Shown: positions 28,747 to 40,836, numbered from the stretch's first letter. The stretch: DNA of 64,000 nucleotides from Thermoanaerobaculia bacterium (GCA_045807625.1 JBJMHA010000041.1:201228-265227), one strand, 5' to 3'. Notes: generated by a model not told the origin, from the sequence alone. Program-made: numbers and translations.

Positions 28747-29334
28747 TCATCCGAGGAAGGTCTTGACGAAGGCTTCGGAGAAGGGGGCCTTCTCGACCGG
28801 GCCGCTGGCCAGGAGGATCAGCGCCAGATCCTTGTCCGGCGCCTTGAGGTAGAGCACCGAGCCCTCCTGCTCGCAGACGGACGACCACTGGAGCCGGGTG
28901 TCTCCGGAGCTTTCGGCGTGCCAGGCGAGGTAGGGCCGGCTCTCGGCGATTCCGCCCCGGCCGACCAGGACGTCGAGGTGGGCGAGGTCGCGGACGGTCC
29001 AGGTCTGGCCGGCGCGGCGGTTCATCGAGGGGACCGTATAGGGGGTGTCGGGCGTCGCCGTCCGGCCGTCCGCCGCGGTGCCGAGCCCCTTGAGGTAGAC
29101 CACCTCCTGCCCCCTGACGACCGCCACCGACAGGGCCGGGACGTGATGCTCCTGGCGCAGCGCGTCGAGCCGTGTCTCGAGCTGTTGGAGCTTTCCTTGA
29201 AGGTCGGGATCGACGTGGATCTTCATGGGGCCTGATTGTGGCGCGGAATGGCCCGTCTGCAAAGCGAAAGCCGCGACGGCGGCCAGGGCGGCCAGGATCA
29301 GGAGGGCGAGCAGGATCTTCGTGCGGTCTCTCAT
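28747..29334 (-). CDS. secreted hypothetical protein
   Basis: 195 aa. Signal/TM segment ILLALLILAALAAVAAFA. Confidence 0.45.
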   Translation of the reverse strand: MRDRTKILLALLILAALAAVAAFALQTGHSAPQSGPMKIHVDPDLQGKLQQLETRLDALRQEHHVPALSVAVVRGQEVVYLKGLGTAADGRTATPDTPYTVPSMNRRAGQTWTVRDLAHLDVLVGRGGIAESRPYLAWHAESSGDTRLQWSSVCEQEGSVLYLKAPDKDLALILLASGPVEKAPFSEAFVKTFLG

Positions 29335-29373
29335 GATCTCTTGGACACCGGTCCTGATCCGGAAGAAACCGCT

Positions 29374-30978
29374 CTATTCGAGCCGCCCCTGCTTCCGCAG
29401 CCGGTCGTGGTGGGCGAGGATCTGCCTTTCCGCGATCGGCCAGGCCTGCCGGGGGACGTCGTCGTAGACCGTGGGGAGCATCTCGGCGGGCTGGCGCCGG
29501 CCCGCGCTCCAGGCCTCGAGGATGCGCCCCTCACGCCAGAGCCGGTGGTCGATGTACTCGCGGAGCTTCTCGACGCCGTTCTTGATCGCCGGGCCATGGC
29601 CGGGGAACAGGGTGCCCGGCCGCAGGGCCGCCAGCTTCTCCAGCGAGCCCAGATAGTCGTCCATGTCCCCTTCCGGGGGATCGACCACGATCATGCTCAC
29701 CCCCGAGACCATGTCGCCGCAGAGGAGGGAGCGCTGCCCCTCCTCCAGGAAGCAGAGATGGCCGCGGGCGTGCCCGGGGGTGTGGAGGACGAGGACGGAG
29801 AAATCGTTCCCCAGGTGGACCCGCTCGCCGTCCCGGAGCTCGCCGTCGACCTTGATCCCCCGTCCGGCCAGCCGCTCGGCGGTGAGGGGGTGGGCGAGGA
29901 CCGGTACGCCGAGGGAGGCGCGCAGGCGCTCGACGCCGCCGACGTGGTCCGGATGGTGGTGGGTGAGCCAGATGGCGGTCACCTTCCGGCCGAGCCGCTC
30001 GCGGGCGGCGGCCAGGGCGGCTTCGAGGCGGTCGAGCTCCCGGGGGTCCGAGGCGCCGGGGTCGACCAGCACGGCGTCGCGCGTCCCCAGGAGGTAGGAG
30101 TTGGTGGTCACGGCCGGCGGCAGGGTGTGGGTGAGGAGCGGGAACATCACCACCCCGGGGCGCATCTCGACCCGGCGGATGGGGCCGAGGTTGGTCTCGG
30201 CGGGATCGCGCAGGCGGTCGAGACCGCGGAGGGGGCCGTCCTGGCTCAGCACCTCCAGGATGTGGAGGATGGGCGGCGCCGCCAGCACGTCCCCGCGGCG
30301 CCAGGCCTCCAGGGCCTCGGCGGGGCGGATCCATGAGCCGTATTCGAGCTCTCCCGCGTGGACGGCGGGCTCGGACGGGGCATCCGGCGGCCATTCCAGG
30401 AGGAAGAAGCGGTTGTCGAAGCGGATGGGCGCGAACGGGGGCGTCACCCAGCGGCCGGCGTAGACCAAGGGGGAGGCATCGAGCCTCACACCGAGGGCTT
30501 GGAGGACATCGGCGAATTTGCGCTCGCCGGCCAGCAGGGCCCGCCGGGGCTCGTAGGTATCCTCGGGATCGACGGCGGGGGAGGAGAGGAGGATACCCGT
30601 CTCCTCGAACAGCTCGCGCAGGGCGCAGGCGGCGAGCCCCGGCAGGAGGTCCGGGCTCGGCTCGTCGAGATCGCGCAATGAATCCGGCAGCCCCGCCGCC
30701 GGGGGAGCGTCCGAGGCAAGCTGGGGCGTGCCGGAGACCGGCAGCCCGGCGTCCGACCTCGACAGCCCGCCGCCGGGGAAGGCGTGCCATCCGCCCATGA
30801 AGGCGAGCGTCTCCGCCCGCTTCACCCAGTAGACCTCGACGTCATCCGGGCCGCCCCCCTCGACGCGGCGCCAGAGCACCACCGCCGCCGAAACCCGTGG
30901 GGGAGGCAGAGCGCCCGCGCCGCCGAGAGGAGTCCCCACGACCTTCTCGTAGACGTTGCCGGAAGGATCGCTCGCCAT
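29374..30978 (-). CDS. NUDIX hydrolase fused to an MBL-fold metallo-hydrolase
   Basis: Nudix box (GGLSRSD...ALRELFEETGI) in the N-terminal half. HHHPDH metallo-beta-lactamase motif in the C-terminal half. Start MASDPSGN. Confidence 0.7.
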   Translation of the reverse strand: MASDPSGNVYEKVVGTPLGGAGALPPPRVSAAVVLWRRVEGGGPDDVEVYWVKRAETLAFMGGWHAFPGGGLSRSDAGLPVSGTPQLASDAPPAAGLPDSLRDLDEPSPDLLPGLAACALRELFEETGILLSSPAVDPEDTYEPRRALLAGERKFADVLQALGVRLDASPLVYAGRWVTPPFAPIRFDNRFFLLEWPPDAPSEPAVHAGELEYGSWIRPAEALEAWRRGDVLAAPPILHILEVLSQDGPLRGLDRLRDPAETNLGPIRRVEMRPGVVMFPLLTHTLPPAVTTNSYLLGTRDAVLVDPGASDPRELDRLEAALAAARERLGRKVTAIWLTHHHPDHVGGVERLRASLGVPVLAHPLTAERLAGRGIKVDGELRDGERVHLGNDFSVLVLHTPGHARGHLCFLEEGQRSLLCGDMVSGVSMIVVDPPEGDMDDYLGSLEKLAALRPGTLFPGHGPAIKNGVEKLREYIDHRLWREGRILEAWSAGRRQPAEMLPTVYDDVPRQAWPIAERQILAHHDRLRKQGRLE

Positions 30979-31242
30979 GCGGCGGCTTATATCATGGCGG
31001 GTGGAGGGGTCAGAGGGCCCGTGCGCTGAACAAGGGACAGCAGAGACAGCAGGGACTTCAGGGACGATCAACGCCAACCCTGTCGTCCCTGGAGTCCCTG
31101 TTGTCCCTGGAGTCCCTTTCTCGACTTCCCGGCCCTGCCCGAAATATCCCCCCGGGGGCCATCGCGTTGGATAGAATGGCGGTGCCGTCACCCGGCTGTC
31201 ACGGGAGACGGCGCCGCCAATCCGGAAAGGAGAGCTCCTCGA

Positions 31243-33254
31243 TGAAGCCGCCCGAGACCATCCGGCTGACCCCCGGCAAGCGGGTCCTGTTCCTCACCAA
31301 GGATCCGGACCTGGTTCGCCGTCAGTTGCGGGGCGAGCTGGACCTGCGGATGGAGGACCTGCGGGTCGAAGACCTCCTCGACGACATCAACACCGACGCC
31401 ATGACCCCGGCCTGGGTCTGCTTCAGCCACCGGCCGGAGGACATCGCCCGCGACGCCTACGCCGGCCTGATCGTCGACGGCAGGCGCCTGTTCGAGCGCG
31501 ACGCCCTGATCAACGGCAGCTTCGAGGTCATCGTCTCCGGGTACCGCAAGGGGGTGGGGAGCTCCCGCGAGACCGCCGTGCAGGCGGAGAAGTGGTCGGG
31601 CATCCGGATCGCCGTCGCCGCCTCCTTCGCCCCCATCCACGCCCGCAACAACATCAGCCAGGGCGTGCTGATGGCCGGCCACGAGATGCTCAAGCGCCTC
31701 CAGGCGGGGGAGGGGATCCCGCTGGCGGAATTCTGCCAGGGGTGGGACCCGATCACCCAGATCGTCATCCGTGAGGGTGGGCTCTTCCCCTTCTCGAAGG
31801 CGCTCGCCGCCGGCGAGATCGAGCTGCCGAAACCGGACACCGGCCCGCGCCCGATGACCATGGCCGAGAAGATCCTCGCCCGCCACCTGCTGGGAGCGGA
31901 GGCGGGGCCCCGCTACGTCAAGCCCGGCGACGCGGTGGTGGTCTCGGTCGACGGCGGCTACACCCACGAGTTCACCACCGCCCAGGTCCACTACTTCCTG
32001 GAGCAGGAGTACGGCGCGGACTACGAGGTCAAGAACCCCGGCAAATTCGCCGTCTTCGAGGACCACCTGATCTACGCCGACGAGGTGCCGAAGATGCGCG
32101 CCTTCGTCGACAAGATCGAGACCCTGCGCCAGCTCCAGCGCGAGTTCCAGCGCCACACCGGCGTGCGCGACTACTCGGCCAAGGACCGCATCTCCCCCGG
32201 CATCTGCCACGAGGTGGCCCGCGAGCAATTCATCGATCCCGGCGACTTCATCCAGGCGACGGACAGCCACACCTGCATGGGCGGGGTCAACAACGCCCTC
32301 GCCTGGGGGGTGGGGGCGACCGAGTACGCCGACCTCATCCACCAGGGGTTCACCCAGGTCGAGGTCCCCGAGTCGATCCGCTTCGAGCTGACCGGCAAGC
32401 TGCAGCCGGGGGTCACCGCCAAGGACCTGATGCTGTACATCCTCCTCAACCACGCCCGGCCGCAGCTCACCCTCGACCGGGTGATGGAATTCACCGGCCC
32501 CGGGATCGCCACCTTGTCCATGGACGAGCGGGCGACGCTGACCAACATGGCAACCGAGTGCGCGGCGAAGACGGCGATCGTGGTCGCCGACGGCGAGACC
32601 TGGCGCTGGCTCGCCGAGTGGCGGCCGGGGATCGACGTCGAGCGGCTGAAGGCGCGCGCCGTGGCCCCCGATCCGGACGCGGAGTATGCCGGCGGCGTCC
32701 ACACGATCGACCTCTCGGCGTTGCGGCCGATGGTGGCTCATCCGGGCGATCCGGACCGCGGCATCCCGTCCGACCCCACGAACGGCGCCTGGATCGACGA
32801 GATCGGCGACGTGCCGGTCGACATCGCCTACGGCGGGAGCTGTACGGCGGGGAAGATCGACGACCTGATCTTCTACCACCAGGTAGTCAAGGAGGCGCTG
32901 GACGCGGGGCTCCGGATCGCCCCCGGGGTGCGGTTCATGATCCAGTGCGGCTCGCAGGCGGTGGAGGATTTCGTGCGCGCGAACGGCCTCGCCGACACCT
33001 TCGAGCGGGCGGGCGTGCGGCTCATCCACCCCGGCTGCGGCGCCTGCATCGGCTGCGGCCCGGGGGTTTCGGAGACGGCGGACGAGGTCACCGTCTCGGC
33101 GATCAACCGCAACTACAAGGGGCGAAGCGGCCCGGGCAAGCTCTGGCTCGCCTCGCCGCTGACCGTGGCCGCCTCCGCCTTCACCGGCCGGATCACCGCC
33201 TACACGCCGGGCATGTTCGCGCGTATGGCGAGCGAGCGGCCGGTGATGGTGTAG
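31243..33254 (+). CDS. aconitase-family hydratase (LeuD-like swivel plus LeuC-like catalytic domain)
   Basis: 670 aa from MKPPETIRL, RBS aaaggagag. Fe-S ligand region CMGG...C..C. Confidence 0.75.
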
Positions 33255-33258
33255 GCCC

Positions 33259-34559
33259 TCAGAACCGCCACCGGGCCGTGATGCCGAACACCTGGTCGCG
33301 GCCGCTGTAGGTGCCGGTTCGTCCGGGGTGCTGCGGCTCCTGGCCTCTGGCGTCGCGGCTGTCGAACGAGTGGTAGGAGTAGGCCATGTCGAAGGAGACC
33401 CAGGGGAAGTCGTAGGTGAAGCCCGCGGCGTAGACCATGAAGTCGCCGTAGGGGAAGCCCGGCTCGATCGTGCGGTCCGGCACCGGCGACTGCTCCAGGG
33501 CGACGCCGCCGAAGAGGAGGAAGTGGTCGGTGACGTTCCCCTCCAGGCCGAGCCGCAGGCCGGTGGTGTCCTTCCAGTCGCGCGGGATGCGCTCCGTCCG
33601 GGCCAGCGGGCTGAAGGGGTTGGGCGTGTAGGTGATGTCCGTCGCCTCCAGGCTCGACCAGCTCTGGAAGCTGGCGTCGAGCTCGATCCGCAGCTCGGGA
33701 TAGGGGGCGTACCAGATGCCGGCCCGCACCTCGCGGGGGAGCTCGAAGGACTCGCGGACGCTCCCGCGCACGAAAGTGCTCTGGAGCGCGGCTGTGACCC
33801 CCGGGATCTCCGTGGGGACGTCGCGCGGCTTATAGGTCACGTCGCCGTTCCCCTTCAGGCTTTCGGCGCTGCGGAAGACCCCACCCCACCCCCAGGACGG
33901 CGCGGCGTAGTGGACCGAGACGTCCCAGGCCGTGGCGTTGACGTCGGCGGTGGCGTTCCGCTCGATCTCCACCGGCACCGGGGTGACGGGGCCGAGCGGC
34001 GGGCCGGCCGGGATGGTGAAGATGCCGTTGACGTCGCGGTCGATGTTCCCGAAGGCGTAGCGGAAGCCGGCGGCCACGCTCCACCCCTCGCCCAGGTCGT
34101 ACGCCAGCACCGGGTGGAGCTCGTAGACCCGCACCTCGGTGCGGCGGGTGATGAAACGGCCGGGGAACAGCCGGGGCTCCCAGTTGAGGCTGTCGTTGAA
34201 CGGGGAGTCATAGCCGAGGCCGAGGGCGAAGGGACCTCTCTTCGGCCGCCAGGTGAAGTAGAGGGCGGGCGGGAACTGGATGATGTGGCGGGCCTGGAAG
34301 TTTCCGGTCTGGCTCTTGTAGCTGATCGTCGGGTTGTTCATGTCCAGGCCGGCCTCGATCTGCAGGCCGCCGAGCTTGGTGATGGCGGCGGGGTTGTAGG
34401 TCATCGCCGAGGGGTCGGACGCCCGGGCGGTGAAGGCGCCGGCCTGGCCGATGGCGCGGGCTCCGTGCTGGAACAGGCCGAACCCTGAGGCCGAAGCGAG
34501 GCTCGCCCCCAACGACGCGGCGAGCAGGCACAGCACGACAACGCGGCATGTCTGACGCA
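33259..34559 (-). CDS. outer-membrane transport protein (FadL/TodX/OMPP1 family)
   Basis: Signal peptide MRQTCRVVVLCLLAASLGASLASA. Beta-barrel-like alternating pattern. C-terminal aromatic residue F. Confidence 0.65.
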
Positions 34560-34603
34560 TGATCTCTCCTTGGAAATAGGGAACGCGGCCGGCCCCCAGC
34601 CCT

Positions 34604-35053
34604 TCACTCCACCGCCAGGATCTCCGGAACGATCCGGTGGTCGGCCACCCGCAGAATAGCGAGCGTGAGGGGCAGATGGAAGCGCCGGGGACCGCAAGCT
34701 CCTGGGTTGAGCAGTAGGCACGAGCCGTGCCAGGAGAGCTCGGGACGGTGCGAGTGCCCGAAGACCACCAGCCGCGCTTCCGCCGGCCAGCGCGGGGGGA
34801 CGTCCTCGCGCCGGTGCACCATGCGGAAGGGGAGCCCGCCGAGGTCCCCCGCCAGGGTCTCCGGCAGCGCCGCCGTGGCGCCGGTGTCGGTGTTGCCCCG
34901 CACCGCCTCGACGGGTGCGATCCGCCGCAGCCGGTCGAGGATCTCCGGCTCCCCCACGTCCCCCGCGTGCAGAATCCGCTCGCACCCCGCGAGCAGCTCC
35001 AGCACTTTGGGACGAAGAAGGTTGTGCGTATCCGAAAGGACGCCGACTCGCAT
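34604..35053 (-). CDS. metallophosphoesterase (YfcE/MJ0936-like)
   Basis: MRVGVLSDTHN...HAGD...GNTD...GHSH motifs. Confidence 0.8.
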   Translation of the reverse strand: MRVGVLSDTHNLLRPKVLELLAGCERILHAGDVGEPEILDRLRRIAPVEAVRGNTDTGATAALPETLAGDLGGLPFRMVHRREDVPPRWPAEARLVVFGHSHRPELSWHGSCLLLNPGACGPRRFHLPLTLAILRVADHRIVPEILAVE

Positions 35054-35150
35054 GGCTCCACCCCCCCTGATCCAACGTCTGCCCCAACCTCCTCCACGCT
35101 CCCTGCACGGAGCTTGCAAGCCACATTTATAGCAGGGGATCGATCAGCAG

Positions 35151-35930
35151 GTGGTCGATCTGGAGGGCAAGCACCAGGTGAGCAGGTCCTCGACATCCGC
35201 TCTTCAAGATTTCCGGCAGGCAGGACCCTGGGACGGGGCGCGGAGCCTTCGGGAGGCGCTGGCCCACGGGGAGCGTCCCAACCGGACGGCACTGATCGAC
35301 TGGGGGACCCAACTCCTGGAGATCCTGGCCGAAGCCCACGCCGAAGGAATCCTGTACCGGCATCTGACGGAGGACGAGGTCTTCCTCACCCCGGAGGGGC
35401 GCCTGCTCCTCGCCGATCGCGGATCTCCCGGGCCGCTCCCGGGGGAGCCGCACACCGCCCAGAGCGATCTCTACGCCGCCGGGTGCCTGCTCCGGCGCCT
35501 GGCCTTCGCCTCTCTCCGGGGAGGGCGCGGTCCCGGCGCGCGCGACCCGCTGGTCAAGGTGCTGGCCCGCGCCACCTTCCCGGGCCCGGGAGCCCGCTAT
35601 GAGAGCGCCGCCGAGATGGCGGAGGCCCTGCGCGAGGCCGGCAAGGCTGAGGTGAGGACCGGCCCCCGGCGCCTGGAGAGGCCGCCCGGAGCCGGCGCCC
35701 GGGTGGCGAGGTTCCCGGGGGCCTCCTCTCCACGCCGGCCGTCCGGTCTCGATGCGCCACGCGCTCCCGTGGAGGAGGACGGCGCGCTCTGGCGCGCTCT
35801 CGTCCTGCTGGTGACGTCCCTGCTGTTGATGGCGTTTCTGCTGGTGGCCGGAGCGGTCATCCTGCACCGGGACGCCCACCCCTCGCGGAGCGGTGACCTG
35901 GCGTTCCCGCCGGTCCTCACCCAGCACTGA
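35151..35930 (+). CDS. degenerate protein-kinase-like domain protein with C-terminal TM anchor
   Basis: Kinase C-lobe-like region without a Gly loop, VAIK or DFG. Hydrophobic tail. Confidence 0.35.
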   Translation: MVDLEGKHQVSRSSTSALQDFRQAGPWDGARSLREALAHGERPNRTALIDWGTQLLEILAEAHAEGILYRHLTEDEVFLTPEGRLLLADRGSPGPLPGEPHTAQSDLYAAGCLLRRLAFASLRGGRGPGARDPLVKVLARATFPGPGARYESAAEMAEALREAGKAEVRTGPRRLERPPGAGARVARFPGASSPRRPSGLDAPRAPVEEDGALWRALVLLVTSLLLMAFLLVAGAVILHRDAHPSRSGDLAFPPVLTQH

Positions 35931-35940
35931 GGGCCGCCCC

Positions 35941-35985
35941 AAAAGAAAAAACCCGGGCAGATCGCTCTCCCGGGCCTTCACCCTC
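35941..35985 (-). terminator. Rho-independent terminator in minus-strand orientation
   Basis: ggcccgggagagcgatctgcccggg hairpin followed by ttttttctttt on the minus strand. Confidence 0.45.
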
Positions 35986-36036
35986 CACGTGCTTCCAAAG
36001 CAATTCAAAAGAACGACGAAGAACTCTCTCTCCTCC

Positions 36037-36078
36037 CTACAGACCTACAAGAGACTACAAAAAGCTACAGAGCTACAA
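36037..36078 (+). promoter_or_regulatory. five direct CTACA(A/G) repeats at 8-10-bp spacing upstream of the regulator gene
   Basis: ctacag ac ctacaa gaga ctacaa aaag ctacag ag ctacaa. Lies 260-300 bp upstream of the ATG at 36341. Confidence 0.35.
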
Positions 36079-36340
36079 GTTGGGGGCGGCGCCCCTCCCT
36101 CCGGTACCCGCCCCCCTTCTCCCCTCGGGTGCTGCATCGGGGCGGAGTCTAGGGGGAGAGGCGATCAAGAGTCCTCAGATCTACGCTCAAGCTTCCTCAA
36201 AAAACATCAAAGGATCCTCCTTACGGGGGCCGGCAGGCTGAGGTACAATTGTTTTCACTGTCCAGAAGCTCCGGAAGCGGCAAATCTCGCCACCTGTCGA
36301 GAGAGGACCCGGCTGTCCAACTGGGCGCGATCACGTCTCC

Positions 36341-39300
36341 ATGGCAACGAGCCCACCACCCCCACGGGCCGAGAAACTGGCCTACGAGTTCGACGACTTC
36401 CGCGTCGACCCTGTCCGGAGGCGCCTCTTCAGGGGCGGAGAGCAGATCCCCCTGACCCCCAAGGCGTTCTCCATCCTGCTCGTCCTCCTCGAGAAGCGGG
36501 GAGAGGTGATGGAGAAGGAGGAGCTGATCCAGAGGGTCTGGCCGGACACCTTCGTCACCGAAGCCAACCTGACCCAGAACGTCTCCTCCCTCCGCAAGGT
36601 CCTGGGCGAGCGGGCCAACGACCACCGGTACGTGGTCACCGTCCCCGGCCGCGGGTACAGCTTCGTCGCCGAGGTCCTGGAGGTCCCGCGGGAGGCGACC
36701 GGAGAGATTGTGATCCCGGCGGAGCTCTCGCCTGAGGCCGCCTCTCCCGGTCTGCCTCCCCTCGTCCCGGCGGCCTCTACCCCCGCGCCTGTCCCCGCGG
36801 CGGCGCCTCCGGAGCCGGTCCCGTCCCCGGCGCCCGTTCCCATCCGCGGCCGGCGCCGCTTCCTGGCCGCCGGGCTGGTGCTGGGCTTCCTGCTGGCTCT
36901 GGGCCTGGCCGGTGCGTTTCTTTTCTACAAAGAACGGAAGAATCTGCCGGACAAGACCGAAGCCCTCCCGGCCCGGCCGACGGTGGCCGTGCTGGGGTTC
37001 CGGAACCTCACCAGCGACCGCAGCGAGAGCTGGCTTTCGACCGCCCTCTCCGAGATGCTGATCACCGAGCTCTCGGCCGGCTCCAGGATCCGGATGGTCC
37101 GGGGAGAGGAGGTCGCCCGCGTCCGGCAGGTCCTCTCCGTCCCCTACACCGAGAACCTGGGCGGGAAGACCCTGCAACAGATCCATGACCAACTGGGCGC
37201 CGACCTGGTGGTGGTCGGCTCGTATATTTCCGTGGGGGGGGAGGGGGAGAAGAACCATCTGCGGATCGACCTCCAGGTGGTGAAGGCCACCAGCGGCGAC
37301 ACGGTGGCCTCGCTGGCCGAGGTGGGGACCGAGGAGCGGTTGTTCGACCTCGTGCCGCGGATCGGCAAGCGGTTGCGGCACGACCTCGGATGGTCGGACC
37401 CAACCCCGGAGGAGGCCCGGGCGGCGGCCGCGCTGCTGCCGGGGAACGCGGAGGCGACGCGCCTCTACGCCGAGGGGCTGGTACGGCTCCGCGCGTTCGA
37501 CATGCGGGGCGCCCGCGGCCTGCTGCAACAGGCGGCCGAGGCCAGCCCCGATTCGGCGGCGATCCGCTCCGCCCTCGCGCTCGCCTGGAGCGGCCTGGGC
37601 GACGACTCCAGGGCCCGGGAAGAGGCGGAGAAGGCGGTGCAGCTTTCGGCCGCCCTGCCGAAGCAGGAGCGGCTGGCGATCGAGGCGCGCGCCGCCGAGG
37701 CGAGGAAGGACTGGACCCGGGCGAGCGAGATCTACCGCTCGCTCTGGACCTTCTATCCCGACAACCTGGAGTACGGGCTGCAGCTCTCCCGGTGCCTCTG
37801 GTCCGCCGGCCGGGGCACCGAGGCGCTGACCGCGGTGGCCGAGATGCGGAAGCTCAGGCCCCCGGAGGGGGAGGACCCGCGCATCGATCTGGCCGAGGCG
37901 CAGATCGCCAAGCGCCTGTCGAGCTTCGACGTCCAGATGCGGGCCGCGAAGACCGCCGAGGCGAAGGGCCGCAAGTCGGGGGAGACCCAGGTCGTGGCCC
38001 AGGCGTTGATGCTCCAGGGGGACCGCCTCCTCCTGACCGGCCGCTCCCGTGAGGCGGTCCCCCTCTTCACGGAGGCGCGCGACCTCTTCACCCGCGCGGG
38101 CAACCAGTCCGCCGTCGCCCTCGTCCTCACCCATCTCGGCGTGGCGCTCAACGAGCTCGGGCGGCTCGCCGAGGCGAAGGCGATGTACGAGGCCTCCCTG
38201 GACACCCTGCGGCGGAGCGGCAGCGTCGAGAGCGGGGCGCTCCAGTTGGACAACCTGGGGTTCGTGGCGCAGGACTTCGGCGATCTGCCGCGCGCCCAGG
38301 CGCTGCTCGAGCAGGCCCATGCCGCGTTCCTGGCCGACGGCGAGCGGGTGCTGGCGGAGGAGGCGCTCAACGCGATCGGCACCGTGCTGCTGGCGCGGGG
38401 GGACCTCGCCGGGGCCCGCCAGCGGTTCCAGGAGGTGCTCGCCATCAGCCGGCAGACCGGGAACCGCGTCGACGAGGGGCGCTCGCTCAGCTATCACGGG
38501 CTGGTCCTCGCCCGCCTGGGCTCGCTCGGCGAGGCCCGGCGCCTCCAGGAGCAGGCGTACGAGATCAGCCAGCAGGTGGGAGACCCGGTCCGCAGCGCCT
38601 CGATGCTCGGCGCCTCGGCCGAGGTGCTGATGCGGCTGGGAGACCTGCCCGAGGCCCAGCGGCGGCTGGCGCGGGCCCTGGAGATGAAGCGGCAGGCGGA
38701 CAGCCGGCTCGGCATCGCCGAGGTGCTCGGCCTGGCGGCGCAGCTCCAGGAGCGGCTCGGCAACCTGGCCGAGGCGAAGCGGCTCGGCGCCGAGCAGGGG
38801 AGCCTGGCCCGCGTCACCGGCTCCCGCAGCGTCGCCGCGGCGGCGGTCCACGGGCAGGCCCTCCGGAGCCTGGACGAAGGGGATCTCCCCGGCGCCCGCC
38901 GCCTGCTCGAGGAGGCGCTGCGCGGCCGGGTGGCGAACGGCGAGCAGCTGGAGGCCGCGGCCGTCCGGCTCGACCTGGCGAACCTGACCCGTCTCACGGG
39001 GAACCCCCGCGAGGCCGCCCGCCTCGCCGCCGAGGTGGCGGACTGGTACGGCCAGCGGGGGATGACCGGCTTCCACGCCCTCGCTCTCGCCCGGGAGGCC
39101 CAGGCGCTCCTCGCCGACGGCCGGCGCGCTCCGGCCCGGGCCGTGGCCGGGCAGGCCCAGATGTATGCCGAGGCGGGGGAGGACCTCGACCTCCGGCTCG
39201 CCGTGGTGACCGCCGTGGCGCCCGTGCGCGCCGCCGCCGGAGACGCCGAGGCGGGCCTGGACCTCCTGCGCTGGGCGGTCCAGGAGGCGGGGCGGACCGG

Positions 39301-39487
39301 CAACGTGGCCGCCGGCCTCCAAGCCCGCCTGGAGCTGGGGCTCCTGCAACGGCAGACGGGAGATCCGGCGGCGGCGATGGCCACCCTCCAGGCCGTGCAG
39401 CGCGAGGCCGGGGCCCGCGGCTTCCGCTGGCTGGCGCAACGGGCCGCCGAGGGGCCCTTGGTGCGGCGGACGCTGCCCACGGGTTGA
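36341..39487 (+). CDS. OmpR/CadC-type winged-helix DNA-binding protein with TM segment and long TPR region
   Basis: N-terminal trans_reg_C-like domain ([34 protein letters not shown]). TM helix. About 700 aa of TPR-like repeats. Confidence 0.8.
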   Translation: MATSPPPPRAEKLAYEFDDFRVDPVRRRLFRGGEQIPLTPKAFSILLVLLEKRGEVMEKEELIQRVWPDTFVTEANLTQNVSSLRKVLGERANDHRYVVTVPGRGYSFVAEVLEVPREATGEIVIPAELSPEAASPGLPPLVPAASTPAPVPAAAPPEPVPSPAPVPIRGRRRFLAAGLVLGFLLALGLAGAFLFYKERKNLPDKTEALPARPTVAVLGFRNLTSDRSESWLSTALSEMLITELSAGSRIRMVRGEEVARVRQVLSVPYTENLGGKTLQQIHDQLGADLVVVGSYISVGGEGEKNHLRIDLQVVKATSGDTVASLAEVGTEERLFDLVPRIGKRLRHDLGWSDPTPEEARAAAALLPGNAEATRLYAEGLVRLRAFDMRGARGLLQQAAEASPDSAAIRSALALAWSGLGDDSRAREEAEKAVQLSAALPKQERLAIEARAAEARKDWTRASEIYRSLWTFYPDNLEYGLQLSRCLWSAGRGTEALTAVAEMRKLRPPEGEDPRIDLAEAQIAKRLSSFDVQMRAAKTAEAKGRKSGETQVVAQALMLQGDRLLLTGRSREAVPLFTEARDLFTRAGNQSAVALVLTHLGVALNELGRLAEAKAMYEASLDTLRRSGSVESGALQLDNLGFVAQDFGDLPRAQALLEQAHAAFLADGERVLAEEALNAIGTVLLARGDLAGARQRFQEVLAISRQTGNRVDEGRSLSYHGLVLARLGSLGEARRLQEQAYEISQQVGDPVRSASMLGASAEVLMRLGDLPEAQRRLARALEMKRQADSRLGIAEVLGLAAQLQERLGNLAEAKRLGAEQGSLARVTGSRSVAAAAVHGQALRSLDEGDLPGARRLLEEALRGRVANGEQLEAAAVRLDLANLTRLTGNPREAARLAAEVADWYGQRGMTGFHALALAREAQALLADGRRAPARAVAGQAQMYAEAGEDLDLRLAVVTAVAPVRAAAGDAEAGLDLLRWAVQEAGRTGNVAAGLQARLELGLLQRQTGDPAAAMATLQAVQREAGARGFRWLAQRAAEGPLVRRTLPTG

Positions 39488-39543
39488 GCGCCCCCTCCTG
39501 AAGGCCGCGCGGGGATGAAAGCTTTTTCCCCCTTTCGCCATGG

Positions 39544-40836
39544 ATGGGGAAAGGGACCGCTTCAAGAGGAGGACGACGCTTGACCACCGCCGCGACGATC
39601 GCCGCCGTCTGGACCGCCACCTTCCTTCTCCTGCTCGCCGTGGGAGGATTCCTGAGCCAGGCGGCGTTGCGCGCCGCCGGCCGGGTGCCGCCGCGGCCGA
39701 GCGGCCAGGCCCAAGGGGGAGACGCCCTGCTGCGCCGGGCCTACCGCGCCGTCCTCTGGCTCTCCTGCGCCTTCTACTGGGTCTCCATCCCCCTGGTGGT
39801 CCTGGTCGTGCTGGTGGGCGGCGGCGGGCTGGTCTACCTCTTCTTCCGCTTCGGCCACGTCCCCATCAAGCTGGTCCTGCTGCTGGCCGTGGGGGTCTTC
39901 GTGACCCTCTCCGCCATCGTCAAGAGCCTCTTCGTGCGGGGGGAGGACGGCGATCCGGGGCTCCGCCTCGACCTCGGCGGCGAGCCGCGCCTGCAGACCC
40001 TGCTCAACGAGGTGGCGGCGCGGATCGGCACCCGGCCGGTGGACAACGTCTATCTCACCCCGGGCACCGACCTCGCGGTGATGGAGCGCGGCGGCATGCT
40101 GCGCCAGCTCGGCGGCCAGACCGAGCGCTGCCTGATCCTCGGCGTGGGGGTGCTCGACGGGCTGGAGCTGGGCCCGTTCAAGGCGATCCTCGCCCACGAG
40201 TACGGCCACTTCTCGAACCAGGACACCGCGGGCGGCGGCTTCGCCCTGGCGGTGCGGCGCTCCCTGGTCACCATGGCGCGGCACCTGGCGATGGGCGGGG
40301 CGGCCACCTGGTACAACCCGGCCTGGTGGTTCGTCAACGGCTTCCACCGCGTCTTCCTCCGCATCTCCCAGGGGGCCTCGCGCCTCCAGGAGGTGCTGGC
40401 CGACCGCTGGGCCGCCTTCACCTACGGAGCGGCCGCCTTCGAGCGCGGCCTGCGGCACGTCATCGAGCGCTCGGTCTACTTCGACGCCCACGCCGACGCC
40501 GCCCTCGGCACCGCCGTCCAGACCAAGATCCCGGTGGCCAACCTCTACGAGGTGGACCCCGCCAAGCTCCCCGGGCGGGACGGCCTGGCCCAGCAGATCG
40601 AAGCGGCCCTCAACGCCGAGCCCTCCCCCTACGACAGCCACCCCTCGCCGGCCGACCGCTTCCGGTGGGTGCGGGCGATCGGCGGCGGCGGCGTGGCGGC
40701 CTCGGCCGAGGACGGCCAGCCGGTCTGGGGCCTCTTCCGGGACCGCGCGGGGATCGAGCGCCTGCTCACCCGGATGGTGTGCGACAGCCTCGAGCGGCAG
40801 GGGGTGGAATTCCTCCGGGTCGAGGAGGGGGCTTGA
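39544..40836 (+). CDS. M48-family zinc metallopeptidase (true start probably TTG at 39580)
   Basis: HEYGH motif, multi-TM N-terminus. AGGAGG lies 6 nt before the TTG at 39580. Confidence 0.7.
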   Translation: MGKGTASRGGRRLTTAATIAAVWTATFLLLLAVGGFLSQAALRAAGRVPPRPSGQAQGGDALLRRAYRAVLWLSCAFYWVSIPLVVLVVLVGGGGLVYLFFRFGHVPIKLVLLLAVGVFVTLSAIVKSLFVRGEDGDPGLRLDLGGEPRLQTLLNEVAARIGTRPVDNVYLTPGTDLAVMERGGMLRQLGGQTERCLILGVGVLDGLELGPFKAILAHEYGHFSNQDTAGGGFALAVRRSLVTMARHLAMGGAATWYNPAWWFVNGFHRVFLRISQGASRLQEVLADRWAAFTYGAAAFERGLRHVIERSVYFDAHADAALGTAVQTKIPVANLYEVDPAKLPGRDGLAQQIEAALNAEPSPYDSHPSPADRFRWVRAIGGGGVAASAEDGQPVWGLFRDRAGIERLLTRMVCDSLERQGVEFLRVEEGA

